In this document: in pieces, positions 39,343 through 49,321 of the stretch
Layout: every line of letters starts with the position of its first letter
Numbering within the stretch: position 1 is the stretch's first letter
Source of the DNA: Candidatus Altimarinota bacterium
GTDB lineage: Bacteria; Patescibacteriota; Gracilibacteria; UBA1369; GCA-2718715
Reading direction: 5' to 3'
NCBI GenBank assembly: GCA_041242255.1
Contig: JBESAV010000001.1
Span: 736,001 to 800,000 of the forward strand
Length of the DNA stretch: 64,000 nt
The notes under the pieces: model-generated
Seen by the model: only the letters and a program-made list of their open reading frames with translations
Told to the model about the DNA's origin: nothing
Databases searched by the model: none
Program-made: the position numbers and the translations under genes

Positions 39343-40557
39343 ATGGTAATAAAAAAAATCAAAAGAGCAGCAAAAGTTGCCAAAAAAAAATACAACGAGA
39401 TTATTCTCGAAGCTCAAAACACAAACAATGAACCAGTTGAACAAGTTTCACTTCCTACTGAAGAAGTGAACCAAAAACAGCAATTCTTCTTCTCGATATC
39501 AAACATTACCAAAGTTCTAATAGTTGCCCTCTTACTTATCGTTTTCAAAGACTTTTTAGCTGAAATAAGCGATGTGATCATTTTATTTTTAGTATCATTA
39601 CTTTTTGCAGCAGCCTTAGATCCAACAGTCGATAAACTTGAAGAGTACAAGATACCTAGAGGAATTTCGGCAGGTTTGATCATGCTATTGCTTATCACTA
39701 TTTTGTGCTTATTCATTTACAGTATGATACCTTTGCTTTCCGACCAACTCTTAGATCTAGGTAGTAAGATCGGCTTGTTGTTTGAAAATCTAGCAACGGG
39801 AAACTTAAGAGTTCCAGCCTTCATTCAGCCTTTCGTAAATGAAATAGGAGCGGAATTAGAAGGAGTTAATTTCAGCCAAACAATTCAAACCCAACTTCTA
39901 AACTATAGCCGAGAACTTAGCGGACTAGCTGGAAACTTCTTTGAAACATTAAAGAGTATCTCTAGTGGTTTAAGTAACTTCCTACTTGTACTTGTACTTA
40001 CTTATTTCATGACAGTGGAAGAACAAGAAATAGATAAATTCATTTTAAGAATCTCTCCAAACAAATACGGAACATACATCACTACTAAAATTAATAGCAT
40101 CAAACAAAAAGTAGGGGACTGGCTAAGAGGTCAAATCATACTCATGGTAGTAGTTGGAGCATTTACTTACTTAGGACTGCTTATATTAGGAACAGATTAT
40201 GCTTTCACTCTTGCTTTAATCGCAGGTGTAACCGAACTAATCCCAGTAGTTGGACCGTGGATAGGTTTAATTGCTGCAATCCCAGTTGCAATCAATCAAG
40301 GGGGGAGCATGTTACTTTGGGTAACTATTCTTTACTTTGTAATTCAAAGGCTTGAAAACAATCTTTTCGTACCAATCATTATGAAAAAAGCCACAGGCCT
40401 AAATCCAGTAGTAGTTATACTTGCCATGTTAATTGGTAATAAATTCTTAGGATTCGTGGGTATAATTATCTCCATACCTCTTACCGCCATCCTAAGCATC
40501 TTCCTAGAAGACATATTAACTAAAAAAGAACAAACTGAAGTTATAGATTCTCCTTAA
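39343..40557 (+). CDS. AI-2E family transporter
   Basis: ALDPTVDKLE, WLRGQI, ELIPVVGP and QRLENNLFVPIIM..GLNP motifs. Confidence 0.92.
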   Translation: MVIKKIKRAAKVAKKKYNEIILEAQNTNNEPVEQVSLPTEEVNQKQQFFFSISNITKVLIVALLLIVFKDFLAEISDVIILFLVSLLFAAALDPTVDKLEEYKIPRGISAGLIMLLLITILCLFIYSMIPLLSDQLLDLGSKIGLLFENLATGNLRVPAFIQPFVNEIGAELEGVNFSQTIQTQLLNYSRELSGLAGNFFETLKSISSGLSNFLLVLVLTYFMTVEEQEIDKFILRISPNKYGTYITTKINSIKQKVGDWLRGQIILMVVVGAFTYLGLLILGTDYAFTLALIAGVTELIPVVGPWIGLIAAIPVAINQGGSMLLWVTILYFVIQRLENNLFVPIIMKKATGLNPVVVILAMLIGNKFLGFVGIIISIPLTAILSIFLEDILTKKEQTEVIDSP

Positions 40558-41242
40558 CAAATTTCCTTATATCCCATCGAGCGTCCATATCATGACACTT
40601 TACAACTCCTTCCTCAAAGATTACACCTTTGGGGAATTTTTTTTGTACATATTTCTTGTGAGCATACAAACGTTGCAATCTACCAAGAAAAGACTCTAGT
40701 TTATCTACCAAAAAATTATCACAAACTTTTTCAAGCACCTGTATAATCTTAAATTTATCCCAATCATAAATACTTTGAGCAAATCTCAACTCATTTACAT
40801 CAACCCACTTCTCAAAGATTTCATCATCTTTATAAATCCACCAAATATTTCGCCTCCAAAGCTCTAAATAATAATCATCTTTGATCATCAAATTTGCCAT
40901 ATTCAAACTTTCCTCATCAACCATAAAACTCAAACAAAATCTACCTGAAACTTTATCACCATGGCGTCTAACTCCTAAAAGCTGAAATAAAACAACCAAA
41001 AAAACCCTAGTAATATAAAGTCTATTTGCCCTTGTAACTACAAACAAATCAATATCACTCTTCTCATCTGCCATACCAAGAGCAATACTATTACAAACAC
41101 CAATATTCTTAACGAAGGGCAACAACCTAAAAATCAATTTCATCTTTTCTAACCTTTTCAAAAAATCAATATCATAAACAACTTCAGACTTTCCAAACCA
41201 CTCTCTAACCAATCTATCTTGATCTGACATTTGTAGGTTCAT
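40541..41242 (-). CDS. Nucleotidyltransferase-fold protein
   Basis: GVCNSIALG...SDIDLFVV resembles the pol-beta G-S/DxD motif; also RFCLSF. Confidence 0.65.
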   Translation of the reverse strand: MNLQMSDQDRLVREWFGKSEVVYDIDFLKRLEKMKLIFRLLPFVKNIGVCNSIALGMADEKSDIDLFVVTRANRLYITRVFLVVLFQLLGVRRHGDKVSGRFCLSFMVDEESLNMANLMIKDDYYLELWRRNIWWIYKDDEIFEKWVDVNELRFAQSIYDWDKFKIIQVLEKVCDNFLVDKLESFLGRLQRLYAHKKYVQKKFPKGVIFEEGVVKCHDMDARWDIRKFVKENL

Positions 41243-41283
41243 ATATCCACTTGTATAATAACAATAATAATATCACTGATTTA

Positions 41284-43278
41284 ATGGATAAAAACAAACA
41301 TATCTCAGCCATACTTAAAAAGATCCCTCACCTTCCAGGTGTTTATAAATTTTTAGATGAAGATGAAAAAGTCATTTATGTAGGTAAAGCCAAAGACCTC
41401 AAAAACAGAGTTTCAAACTACTTTAACAAAAGCGGGGACGAACGCATTCAATTACCTGCCTTATTAGAGAGAGTAGAGGACATTGAGTACATAGTAGTAG
41501 ATTCAGAGCTAGAAGCACTTTTCTTAGAAACCAATCTAATTAAAAAACTCAAGCCCAAGTACAACATCTTAATGAAAGATGACAAAAATTTTGTATACAT
41601 AAAAATCACAACTCAAGAAGAATTCCCAAAACTTTTCATAACCAGAAAAATCCAAAAAGATAAAGCCACCTACATAGGACCATACACTTCTTCAAAAGAC
41701 ATTAGAAAAACCTTCAAGCTAATCAAAGACCTACTCCCATACCCACAATGTGAACTTAGCGTCCAATCAACCAAAAAGGGAAAACATCCAGACAAACCAA
41801 TATGCATATTCAAAGAAATCGACGAAGCCCACTCTCCATGCATATGTGATCTACCAGCCAAAGAATATCAACAACTCATCGACTCAATTATTTCCTTCCT
41901 TAAGGGCAAGCATGATTCCTTACTCAACAAAATAGATTCAAATATGAGACAAGCTGCACAAGAACAAAAATTTGAAAAAGCTGCCAAACTGAGAGATAGA
42001 CTTCTACTTCTAGAAAAAATCCTCGAAAAACAACAAATCACCTCAGCTAATCTAAAAGAAAATATGGATTTAATAGACATTATTCATTCCAATAAAAAGT
42101 TCCTATGTAATGTCTTCCAGGTGAGAAGAGGAAAAGTGGTAAACAACCAAAATCTAGTTCTCTCAGAAAACCAAATCCAAGACGACTCCACATCAAACCT
42201 CTCATTAGCTTTTGCCTCATTTATTCAACAGTATTACTCCGAACACCCAAACCCACCTAAAGAAATCATCATACCTGAACCTTGCAACCAACAAGAGCTA
42301 CTAGAAGCCTACCTAAGTAAAATCTACGAAAAAAAAATCACAATCAAAGTTCCTCAAAAAGGACGTAAAAGAGAACTACTTAAATTAGCTACTAAAAATG
42401 TTGAAAACTTTTCTAAACAAATGAAGGTTAAATGGATGTCACAAGAAGCTAGAAGTTTCGATAAAATTTCTCAAGAACTAAAAGATTTACTTGAACTACC
42501 AAAAAAACCACAAAGACTTGAGTGTTATGATATCTCTCACTTACAAGGGAACCATACTGTAGCCAGCATGGTAGTATTTCATAATGGTGAACCGCTTAAA
42601 TCTCACTACAGAATTTTCAATATTAAATCTCTACAAAAAGGAGATATAGATGATTTCAAAAGTATGAATGAAGTTATATCAAGAAGACTAAAATACCTTA
42701 CTCAAATCCCAAAAGGATTTAAATCTTCCAATAAAAAGAATCAATATATATTAAAAAATCCAGACAAAGAAGCAGTAATCACAATAAATTACGAAATCAC
42801 AGAGAATAAAGACATACTCATCCACGACATACAAGTATCCTCACTCGAACATCTAGTAGTTCCTTTCGTCATAAAGCTTTGCAAAAAATTCAAGCAAAGA
42901 AAAGCTCTAACTGACAATCCAGATCTTAAAAAATTCATGTTTCAATCAATTAAAAACAATCAATACAAATATGGCTTTTACATATCTAAACTGAAACCCG
43001 ATCCTTCCTTCAGCCAAAAACCAGACTTAATCATCATAGATGGAGGAAAAGGACAACTATCCTCAAGCTTAAAAGTTAAACACCAACTCGAGTCCAGCAT
43101 ACCATTCATCAGTTTAGCCAAAAGAAACGAAACTATCTACAACGAAGCGATGGAACCAATACAACTTCCAAACAACTCGCCAACTAGACTACTAGTTCAA
43201 CAACTAAGAGATGAAGCTCATAGATTTGCCATAACCCACAATAGAAAAAGAAGACAAAAAATAAGCCCTAACTCATAA
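41284..43278 (+). CDS. uvrC: Excinuclease ABC subunit C, with an insertion and no C-terminal HhH
   Basis: GIY-YIG motif PGVYKF..IYVGKAKDL, UVR domain, ECYDISH, PDLIIIDGGKGQ and RDEAHRFA. ATG at 41284 preferred over TTG at 41251. Confidence 0.95.
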   Translation: MDKNKHISAILKKIPHLPGVYKFLDEDEKVIYVGKAKDLKNRVSNYFNKSGDERIQLPALLERVEDIEYIVVDSELEALFLETNLIKKLKPKYNILMKDDKNFVYIKITTQEEFPKLFITRKIQKDKATYIGPYTSSKDIRKTFKLIKDLLPYPQCELSVQSTKKGKHPDKPICIFKEIDEAHSPCICDLPAKEYQQLIDSIISFLKGKHDSLLNKIDSNMRQAAQEQKFEKAAKLRDRLLLLEKILEKQQITSANLKENMDLIDIIHSNKKFLCNVFQVRRGKVVNNQNLVLSENQIQDDSTSNLSLAFASFIQQYYSEHPNPPKEIIIPEPCNQQELLEAYLSKIYEKKITIKVPQKGRKRELLKLATKNVENFSKQMKVKWMSQEARSFDKISQELKDLLELPKKPQRLECYDISHLQGNHTVASMVVFHNGEPLKSHYRIFNIKSLQKGDIDDFKSMNEVISRRLKYLTQIPKGFKSSNKKNQYILKNPDKEAVITINYEITENKDILIHDIQVSSLEHLVVPFVIKLCKKFKQRKALTDNPDLKKFMFQSIKNNQYKYGFYISKLKPDPSFSQKPDLIIIDGGKGQLSSSLKVKHQLESSIPFISLAKRNETIYNEAMEPIQLPNNSPTRLLVQQLRDEAHRFAITHNRKRRQKISPNS

Positions 43279-43311
43279 AAGCTAGAGCTTACAATCTTCA
43301 AAAACTAAATA

Positions 43312-43761
43312 CTAGATATCATAATAATATCCATAGTATTCAACTACATTTCTTGAGTTTCTTGGATAATAAACATTATCATACCTGTATTCATTATAAT
43401 AACTTGGTACGTTATAAACTCTTCTAGTATGAGTCGACTGTCCATAGTTATGCCTAGTAGAAGTATTTACGTACCTTCTAACAGGAACTCTAACCGTTCT
43501 AGTTTCTAGTTTATAATCAGTTTTATAGTAACAATTTCTATAATTCTCGTATCCATAACCATAGTAACCATATTCATGATACCTAGGATAGTAATCATCA
43601 TCACACACATATTTTCTGTAAGGAACGTACTCAGAAACCTCTCTTGCCTCGTAAGTAGTAGTGTAATAACCTTGATCACCATAGTAATGATAAGCCCCAA
43701 CAACAGTTGGTACAGCAACAATCATTACTGCCACCACTGACAACAATAATTTTCTAAACAT
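43312..43761 (-). CDS. Secreted Tyr-rich hypothetical protein
   Basis: Signal peptide; 35 Tyr in 149 aa by my count; one Cys pair. Confidence 0.7.
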   Translation of the reverse strand: MFRKLLLSVVAVMIVAVPTVVGAYHYYGDQGYYTTTYEAREVSEYVPYRKYVCDDDYYPRYHEYGYYGYGYENYRNCYYKTDYKLETRTVRVPVRRYVNTSTRHNYGQSTHTRRVYNVPSYYNEYRYDNVYYPRNSRNVVEYYGYYYDI

Positions 43762-43828
43762 ACTTTTAAGTTATTTATTAAAACAACTCGATTATAATAC
43801 AATCAAGATGTATCGCAAACTGTAACAA

Positions 43829-43915
43829 TGGTACTGAAGGAGGGAATCGAACCCTCACTCACTTGCGTGAACGGGATTTTGAGTCCCGCGCGTCTACCAA
43901 TTCCGCCACTTCAGC
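43829..43915 (-). tRNA. tRNA-Leu (CAA)
   Basis: GCTGAAGTGGCGGAATTGGTAGACGCGCGGGACTCAAAATCCCGTTCACGCAAGTGAGTGAGGGTTCGATTCCCTCCTTCAGTACCA, with a long variable arm and encoded CCA. Confidence 0.97.
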
Positions 43916-43987
43916 CTAAACTCGAAATCTTACATTTCAAATTTTCGAAAGTAATGTAACATTAAACAAACCTTTAAGTCCAGCCCA

Positions 43988-45739
43988 TTGCATACAATTT
44001 TGAAAAGACTTTCCATACCAGAATTAGTGCTAACTGGAACCTTCATAGCTCTAAATTTCTTGAATACTGAGTACAATATTAAAGCTATTTTACTTTTACC
44101 AGTTTCAATTTTAACAATAGCGCTATACCAAAAATACAAAAAATCTAGTTTACAAGTTCCCAAAAAAATCTTGTGGATAACTTTACTATATTTAATTGTC
44201 TCAATTATTTCTTATTTTCTGAGTAAAACACCCAATGTAGGATTAGCCGAAATAACTCAAGATTTTAACTCTCTTTTTTTACTGATACTGCTTATATCTA
44301 CAAAAAAAGATTTATTAAATCTTAAAAAGCTTTCATACAAACTCGCATCTCTCAATATAGTCATTCAGTCTACACTAATACTATATCAAGTCTTTCACCT
44401 AGCATCAGAAAGGGGATATGGATCGTTTTTAAGCTTCTTTGACCATCGATTAATCTACCCCAATGCTACAGCTTTATCCTTACTCTTATCAATCTTTACC
44501 ATCCAGACCAGCAAGCCAACCAAGCTTCAAATCTTCCTAACTCTCCTAGGTACAATCGGCTTACTATTTACATACTCACGTGGAGCAATCATTGCTTTTA
44601 CTCTATGTTCAATTTTATACCTAGTTATTCAGCTAGCTCAACAAAATCTAAAAGATTCAATTCAAAAATTAGTAACAATTTTCATTGCAGTAATCATCTT
44701 CGCATCATCAAATCTTATTGTTGAATCGCAAAATAGTAACCTCTCTCAAAAATTCACCTTTCAAGGAACAGAACAAATCACATCCGTCCAAGAACGCTTA
44801 CAATTTTTTAAGACAGCTCCTGAGTTATGGATGGACCACCCAGTAGTAGGATACGGTCCATACTCTTACAAATACATTTTCCCTACTGTACAAGATATAC
44901 CTTTATCAAACTCCCAACACCCTCACAACATCTTCCTAAAAGTACAAATAGAAAGAGGAACAGTAGCTACTATCATTTTTATAGGGCTAATTATCACACT
45001 CTTAATGCCAATCATTAAAAACAAAACATATTTAACCCAAACAGGCCCTCTACTAGCAATAAGCGCAGCAATTCTACACAGTCAAATCGACTACAATTTC
45101 AACCTTCCTTTAAACTCTTTTTTACTTATAATTATTCTCTCCAGCCTTTTCCAAAACTACAACTTCAAAATAAGTAAGGCTCCTTTCATCTCAATTATTT
45201 CAATATTACCTTTAACAGCTTTACTTTTTACCTATCACCTTACTTACAAATCACCTCATATTTCTCTATTAAAATTGGACGATATAAATTACCAAGACAC
45301 CCTCATAAAAGCCTCCATTCAAAGCCAAAGTATCACCTCACAAATCCAACTAGCCTCAAAACACACAACCCTAAACCCTTATGACTCCTACGCCTTCAAC
45401 TATCTAGGTGATCTATACGAACAAAACTTAAACTATCAAGCTGCTATTCAAGCCTACCAAAAAAGTATAGCAATAAACCCAAAAAACTATTGGTACCCCT
45501 ACAGCAAAATAACTAAGTATTCCAAAGCATATGAATTCCAAAAAGTTCTTCAGAACTTACAAGAATACAACAATGCCGCCAAACAGAATCTTCACTTCAC
45601 AAGCCAATCACAAAACATAAACTATGCCATCCAAACAACTCAGAACCTTCTAAATGATCCAAACATTCAAGACAAAAATCAACTAAATGAAATATACAAA
45701 GAATTATTGCAATCTCGCGAACGCTTCAGCAGCAGTTAA
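43988..45739 (+). CDS. O-antigen ligase family (Wzy_C) membrane protein with C-terminal TPR
   Basis: YPNA, TYSRGA, HPVVGYGP, HPHNIFL and LHSQIDYN motifs. TPR segment AFNYLGDLY...AIQAYQKSIAINP. The start is uncertain. Confidence 0.85.
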   Translation: MHTILKRLSIPELVLTGTFIALNFLNTEYNIKAILLLPVSILTIALYQKYKKSSLQVPKKILWITLLYLIVSIISYFLSKTPNVGLAEITQDFNSLFLLILLISTKKDLLNLKKLSYKLASLNIVIQSTLILYQVFHLASERGYGSFLSFFDHRLIYPNATALSLLLSIFTIQTSKPTKLQIFLTLLGTIGLLFTYSRGAIIAFTLCSILYLVIQLAQQNLKDSIQKLVTIFIAVIIFASSNLIVESQNSNLSQKFTFQGTEQITSVQERLQFFKTAPELWMDHPVVGYGPYSYKYIFPTVQDIPLSNSQHPHNIFLKVQIERGTVATIIFIGLIITLLMPIIKNKTYLTQTGPLLAISAAILHSQIDYNFNLPLNSFLLIIILSSLFQNYNFKISKAPFISIISILPLTALLFTYHLTYKSPHISLLKLDDINYQDTLIKASIQSQSITSQIQLASKHTTLNPYDSYAFNYLGDLYEQNLNYQAAIQAYQKSIAINPKNYWYPYSKITKYSKAYEFQKVLQNLQEYNNAAKQNLHFTSQSQNINYAIQTTQNLLNDPNIQDKNQLNEIYKELLQSRERFSSS

Positions 45740-46135
45740 AACATCTCTAGCGTTATCAAAAGTTAATTTTTTCAAAGCATCCTCATAAAAATACCAACCA
45801 AATCCTTGATGCTCATGAGATATTTTTATCTTTGACTCAGGCATTTCAGTTTTACCTAAAAAGTAATCAACTGTTTTTTTATGTAAAAATCCATGACCTT
45901 TGTACTCATAATACATCGGCACCATTAAGCCATCATATACATAGACATCATCTATTCCTGTTTCTTCTTCTAATTCTCGTATAGCTGCTTCTTTAGGAGT
46001 TTCTCCATCTTCTAAATGACCTTTGGCATAGTCCCAATGACCACTTGGATAATGCAGTAATAGATACTTGCGCTTACCATCTTTAGATTCTCTAAAAACA
46101 ACTACTCCAGCAGAGTGATGATCCTTAACTTTCAT
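45704..46135 (-). CDS. NUDIX hydrolase, asymmetrical Ap4A hydrolase-like
   Basis: SAGVVVFR, GHWDYAKGHLEDGETPKEAAIRELEEETG and ISHEH motifs. Confidence 0.88.
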   Translation of the reverse strand: MKVKDHHSAGVVVFRESKDGKRKYLLLHYPSGHWDYAKGHLEDGETPKEAAIRELEEETGIDDVYVYDGLMVPMYYEYKGHGFLHKKTVDYFLGKTEMPESKIKISHEHQGFGWYFYEDALKKLTFDNARDVLTAAEAFARLQ

Positions 46136-46148
46136 AAATTTTTTTATA

Positions 46149-46799
46149 TTACTTTAACATATAACCAGTATTAGGGATTGTATGCAATAACTTCTCATCA
46201 TAATTTCTATCCATTTTATCTCTCAAACGACAAATATGAACCTCCACTGTCTTAGAAGATACCAATGAATTCATATCCCACACCTCCTCCAATATCCTTT
46301 CTTTACTTAAAATTTTACCATTATTATCCATCAGATATTTCAATAGACGATACTCCATATTCTTAAGACCCAGAACATTCCCAGCTCTAGAAATTGTCCT
46401 AGAATCCTTATCCAATATTAGGTTCTTATAACATTGTTTGTGTATTTTATCTTTCTTCAAAAACCATTCCAAATTCAAGCAAAATTCATTCATATCTAGA
46501 GGAAGGTAGTAATAATCCAAAACACTATATTCAAAAAACAAATGCTTTCTCCTCATACAAAACTCTTCATCCACCACAACTATCCTTCCTTCATAAAAAA
46601 AGCTTATATTAGTCAAAAACATCTCAATATCTTTTAAGTTAGTTTCATCAACTCCTATCAAGATAATTTCATAATCTTTATATCTAAAATCAGCCAAAAT
46701 ATCATATCTCATCTCACATACCACAACACCTTTTTTACCCAAACTAGATCCAAAACCTTCAAACTTACCCACAGGTTTCAAAAAAGCAACATTATTCAT
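46149..46799 (-). CDS. OmpR/PhoB-type winged-helix regulator with degenerate receiver domain
   Basis: C-terminal LKNMEYRLL...SKTVEVHICRLRDK...LHTIPNTGY. The N-terminus lacks clear DD/D/K receiver residues. ATG at 46799 preferred. Confidence 0.8.
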   Translation of the reverse strand: MNNVAFLKPVGKFEGFGSSLGKKGVVVCEMRYDILADFRYKDYEIILIGVDETNLKDIEMFLTNISFFYEGRIVVVDEEFCMRRKHLFFEYSVLDYYYLPLDMNEFCLNLEWFLKKDKIHKQCYKNLILDKDSRTISRAGNVLGLKNMEYRLLKYLMDNNGKILSKERILEEVWDMNSLVSSKTVEVHICRLRDKMDRNYDEKLLHTIPNTGYMLK

Positions 46800-46977
46800 A
46801 ATTAAACAGTTAAACTTCATTAATAATAATTGCATTGACGCAAATAAAAACACCCCAATTCTAAAATTAATAATTTTACTGATAAAACAGACAACTCAAT
46901 TGTCGTCCTAAAAAAACAACAAATACCTAAATCATTCCAAGTAAATCCTATATTATATATTCAAATAACTTAAAATC

Positions 46978-48282
46978 ATGAAAAAACTAAGCTCACTTTT
47001 CCTAATATTATCTTCTTTATTTTTAATAGCTTGCCAACAAGAGCCACAACTCCCAACAACCAACTTGGTCTACTACAAGCTTTATGAAAACAGTCCAAAT
47101 TTCACAAATCTTTTAAACGAATACCAAAAAGCAAACCCAAACATAAACATTATTTTTAAAAACTTCACAGATCCTGAAGTATATTACGATACAATCGTAA
47201 ACGAAATTGCTGAGGGTAGGGGACCTGACATTTTATCAGTTCACAATACATGGGTTGCACCAAACTATGCTAAACTATCTCCAGCACCATCAAACTTGGT
47301 AAGCGTTGAAGACTATCAAAACATCTTCGTAGGACAGGCCTACCAAGACAATGTACTCTCCATTAATCAAACGGAGCAAGTTTATGGTATACCACTTCAA
47401 ATGGATAATTTAGCCCTTTACTATAACCAAAACCACTTTGAGCAAACACTTCCTCAAGACGGAAGACCAGGTCAAACATGGACAGAAATACAAAACCAAT
47501 CTAGATCACTTACCAACACTTCATCACAAAGATCAGGAGTTGCACTAGGTGATGGAAGCTCAATTCTAAGGTCAATGGATACATTCTACAATCTGGCTTT
47601 ACAAACAAACAGCAACTTCTACGACAGATCCCTAACCGAATCAGAAATGTCCCAAAGCCAAGAAATTCAAGATACTTTAGATTTCATCACTTCATTCTCA
47701 GATCCAGAAAATGACAATTACACCTGGAACCCAAACCTCTCATACAATGAAAAGGAATTAGCCAGCTTCATTCAAGGTGACACCTCCATGATTTTTGGTT
47801 ACACATACCTTTATCAAGAGTTACAATCCCTCATAAACACATATCAAAGACAAGGAGTTGAAACTATAGATATTTCAGACATAAAGATTTCTACATCTCC
47901 TCAAGTTGACACAGAACAACCTACAGTATTTGCAAATTATTACACCGAAACTGTTTCCAGAAATTCACAAAATCCAGAAGCAGCCTGGTCACTGATCGGA
48001 TATCTAAGCTCCAGAAATAGCCTAGAAAGCTATTACGATAACAACTTTAAATTATCACCAAGAAGAGACATGGTTGAATCACAAAGTCAAAATAGAATCT
48101 TCAACCCATTTGTACAACAAATTGGAATAACACAATCTCTCCCAATCATAGATCAAGAAAAACAAAAAAACATAATTAAAGAAATGATAGACAATTACCC
48201 AACCAACGGGGTACAGTCGATCCAAAACGCAGATAGAAAAATCAATACACTAATTCAAGGACGTGCTCTCCGCCCAAATTAA
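46978..48282 (+). CDS. Extracellular solute-binding lipoprotein (sugar/family 1-like)
   Basis: Lipobox LIAC. GRGPDI, YGIPLQMDNLALYYN and EAAWSLI motifs. Confidence 0.85.
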   Translation: MKKLSSLFLILSSLFLIACQQEPQLPTTNLVYYKLYENSPNFTNLLNEYQKANPNINIIFKNFTDPEVYYDTIVNEIAEGRGPDILSVHNTWVAPNYAKLSPAPSNLVSVEDYQNIFVGQAYQDNVLSINQTEQVYGIPLQMDNLALYYNQNHFEQTLPQDGRPGQTWTEIQNQSRSLTNTSSQRSGVALGDGSSILRSMDTFYNLALQTNSNFYDRSLTESEMSQSQEIQDTLDFITSFSDPENDNYTWNPNLSYNEKELASFIQGDTSMIFGYTYLYQELQSLINTYQRQGVETIDISDIKISTSPQVDTEQPTVFANYYTETVSRNSQNPEAAWSLIGYLSSRNSLESYYDNNFKLSPRRDMVESQSQNRIFNPFVQQIGITQSLPIIDQEKQKNIIKEMIDNYPTNGVQSIQNADRKINTLIQGRALRPN

Positions 48283-49321
48283 AAAACTTCCAGAAATTTC
48301 AAATCTTCTAAATCATATAACCCTAGTTACAGCTTTAACTGGGGTTTATATCCAATTACAGTTTCCAAGCTTTTTTCTAGGAAAAAGCTCACTTTTTGCT
48401 CAAACTATTTTACCAGTTTGGTCAGCTCTAGTTCTTATAAATAGTCTGCTTATTTTTAGTACCTCCAAATCTAAAGACTTAAAAATTATCCCAAAGAACA
48501 AAATCCAACAATCCCTTTTACTTTTTGCCACACTCACGACTCTATTTTCATTTATCAGTTATTCTCAAAACATACTTTGGTATTTCTCTGGAGCACTCCT
48601 GATTTTAAATTTACAACAATCTAAAATTAAAAAACTTCAAAAAACTTTCTTCTTTTCAACACTTGCAATAGCTCTTATCGCAATCACCCAATTCTTTCTC
48701 CAAACTGACCTAAACTTACATTTCCTAGGAGAACCAATAATTAGCTCGTCCACAAAAGGAATATCAAAACTATCGAACGGAATAGTAAGATCTTATGGAC
48801 TATCCCAGCACCCAAACATTTTAGGAGCTATATTAACACTTTCAACCTACTTATCACCTTACCCAAGTAAATACCTATCCACCCAATTCCTAGGACTATT
48901 CACTACTTTTTCACTGTCCAATTGGATAGCAACAGGAGAAAAGTTCATTCAGAAAAAAACACACATCATACCAATTTCAATTTTACTTCTAATCATAATG
49001 ATAATCTTAAAGTCACCAGAATTTCTAATCGAAAGACTTCAACAGATCACCAACATAATATACAACCCATTTCAAAACAAACCTTGGCAAAACCAACCTA
49101 TACACAATACCTTCCTTCTAAGCTTACTCAAATTCGGACCAATCCATACTGTTAGTCTTCTATTTTTGTTATTCCAATTTAAAGACGAACAAAAAAACCT
49201 ACTTATAGCTTTAATCATACTTATGCTAACTGATCATTTCTTCCTAACCAGCTTTCAAGCATATCCTATATTTTTAGTTAGTATCTATTTAGCTTCAGCA
49301 CCAACAAATAAAGCCTCGTAA
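48263..49321 (+). CDS. Divergent O-antigen-ligase-like membrane protein
   Basis: Multi-TM. RSYGLSQHPNILG, QPIHNTFLL and LTDHFFLT motifs. Confidence 0.7.
   Translation: MLSAQIKKLPEISNLLNHITLVTALTGVYIQLQFPSFFLGKSSLFAQTILPVWSALVLINSLLIFSTSKSKDLKIIPKNKIQQSLLLFATLTTLFSFISYSQNILWYFSGALLILNLQQSKIKKLQKTFFFSTLAIALIAITQFFLQTDLNLHFLGEPIISSSTKGISKLSNGIVRSYGLSQHPNILGAILTLSTYLSPYPSKYLSTQFLGLFTTFSLSNWIATGEKFIQKKTHIIPISILLLIIMIILKSPEFLIERLQQITNIIYNPFQNKPWQNQPIHNTFLLSLLKFGPIHTVSLLFLLFQFKDEQKNLLIALIILMLTDHFFLTSFQAYPIFLVSIYLASAPTNKAS

Noticed and set aside
42700-43000. Intein in UvrC
   Set aside because: It has no splice-junction residues and no homing endonuclease motifs.
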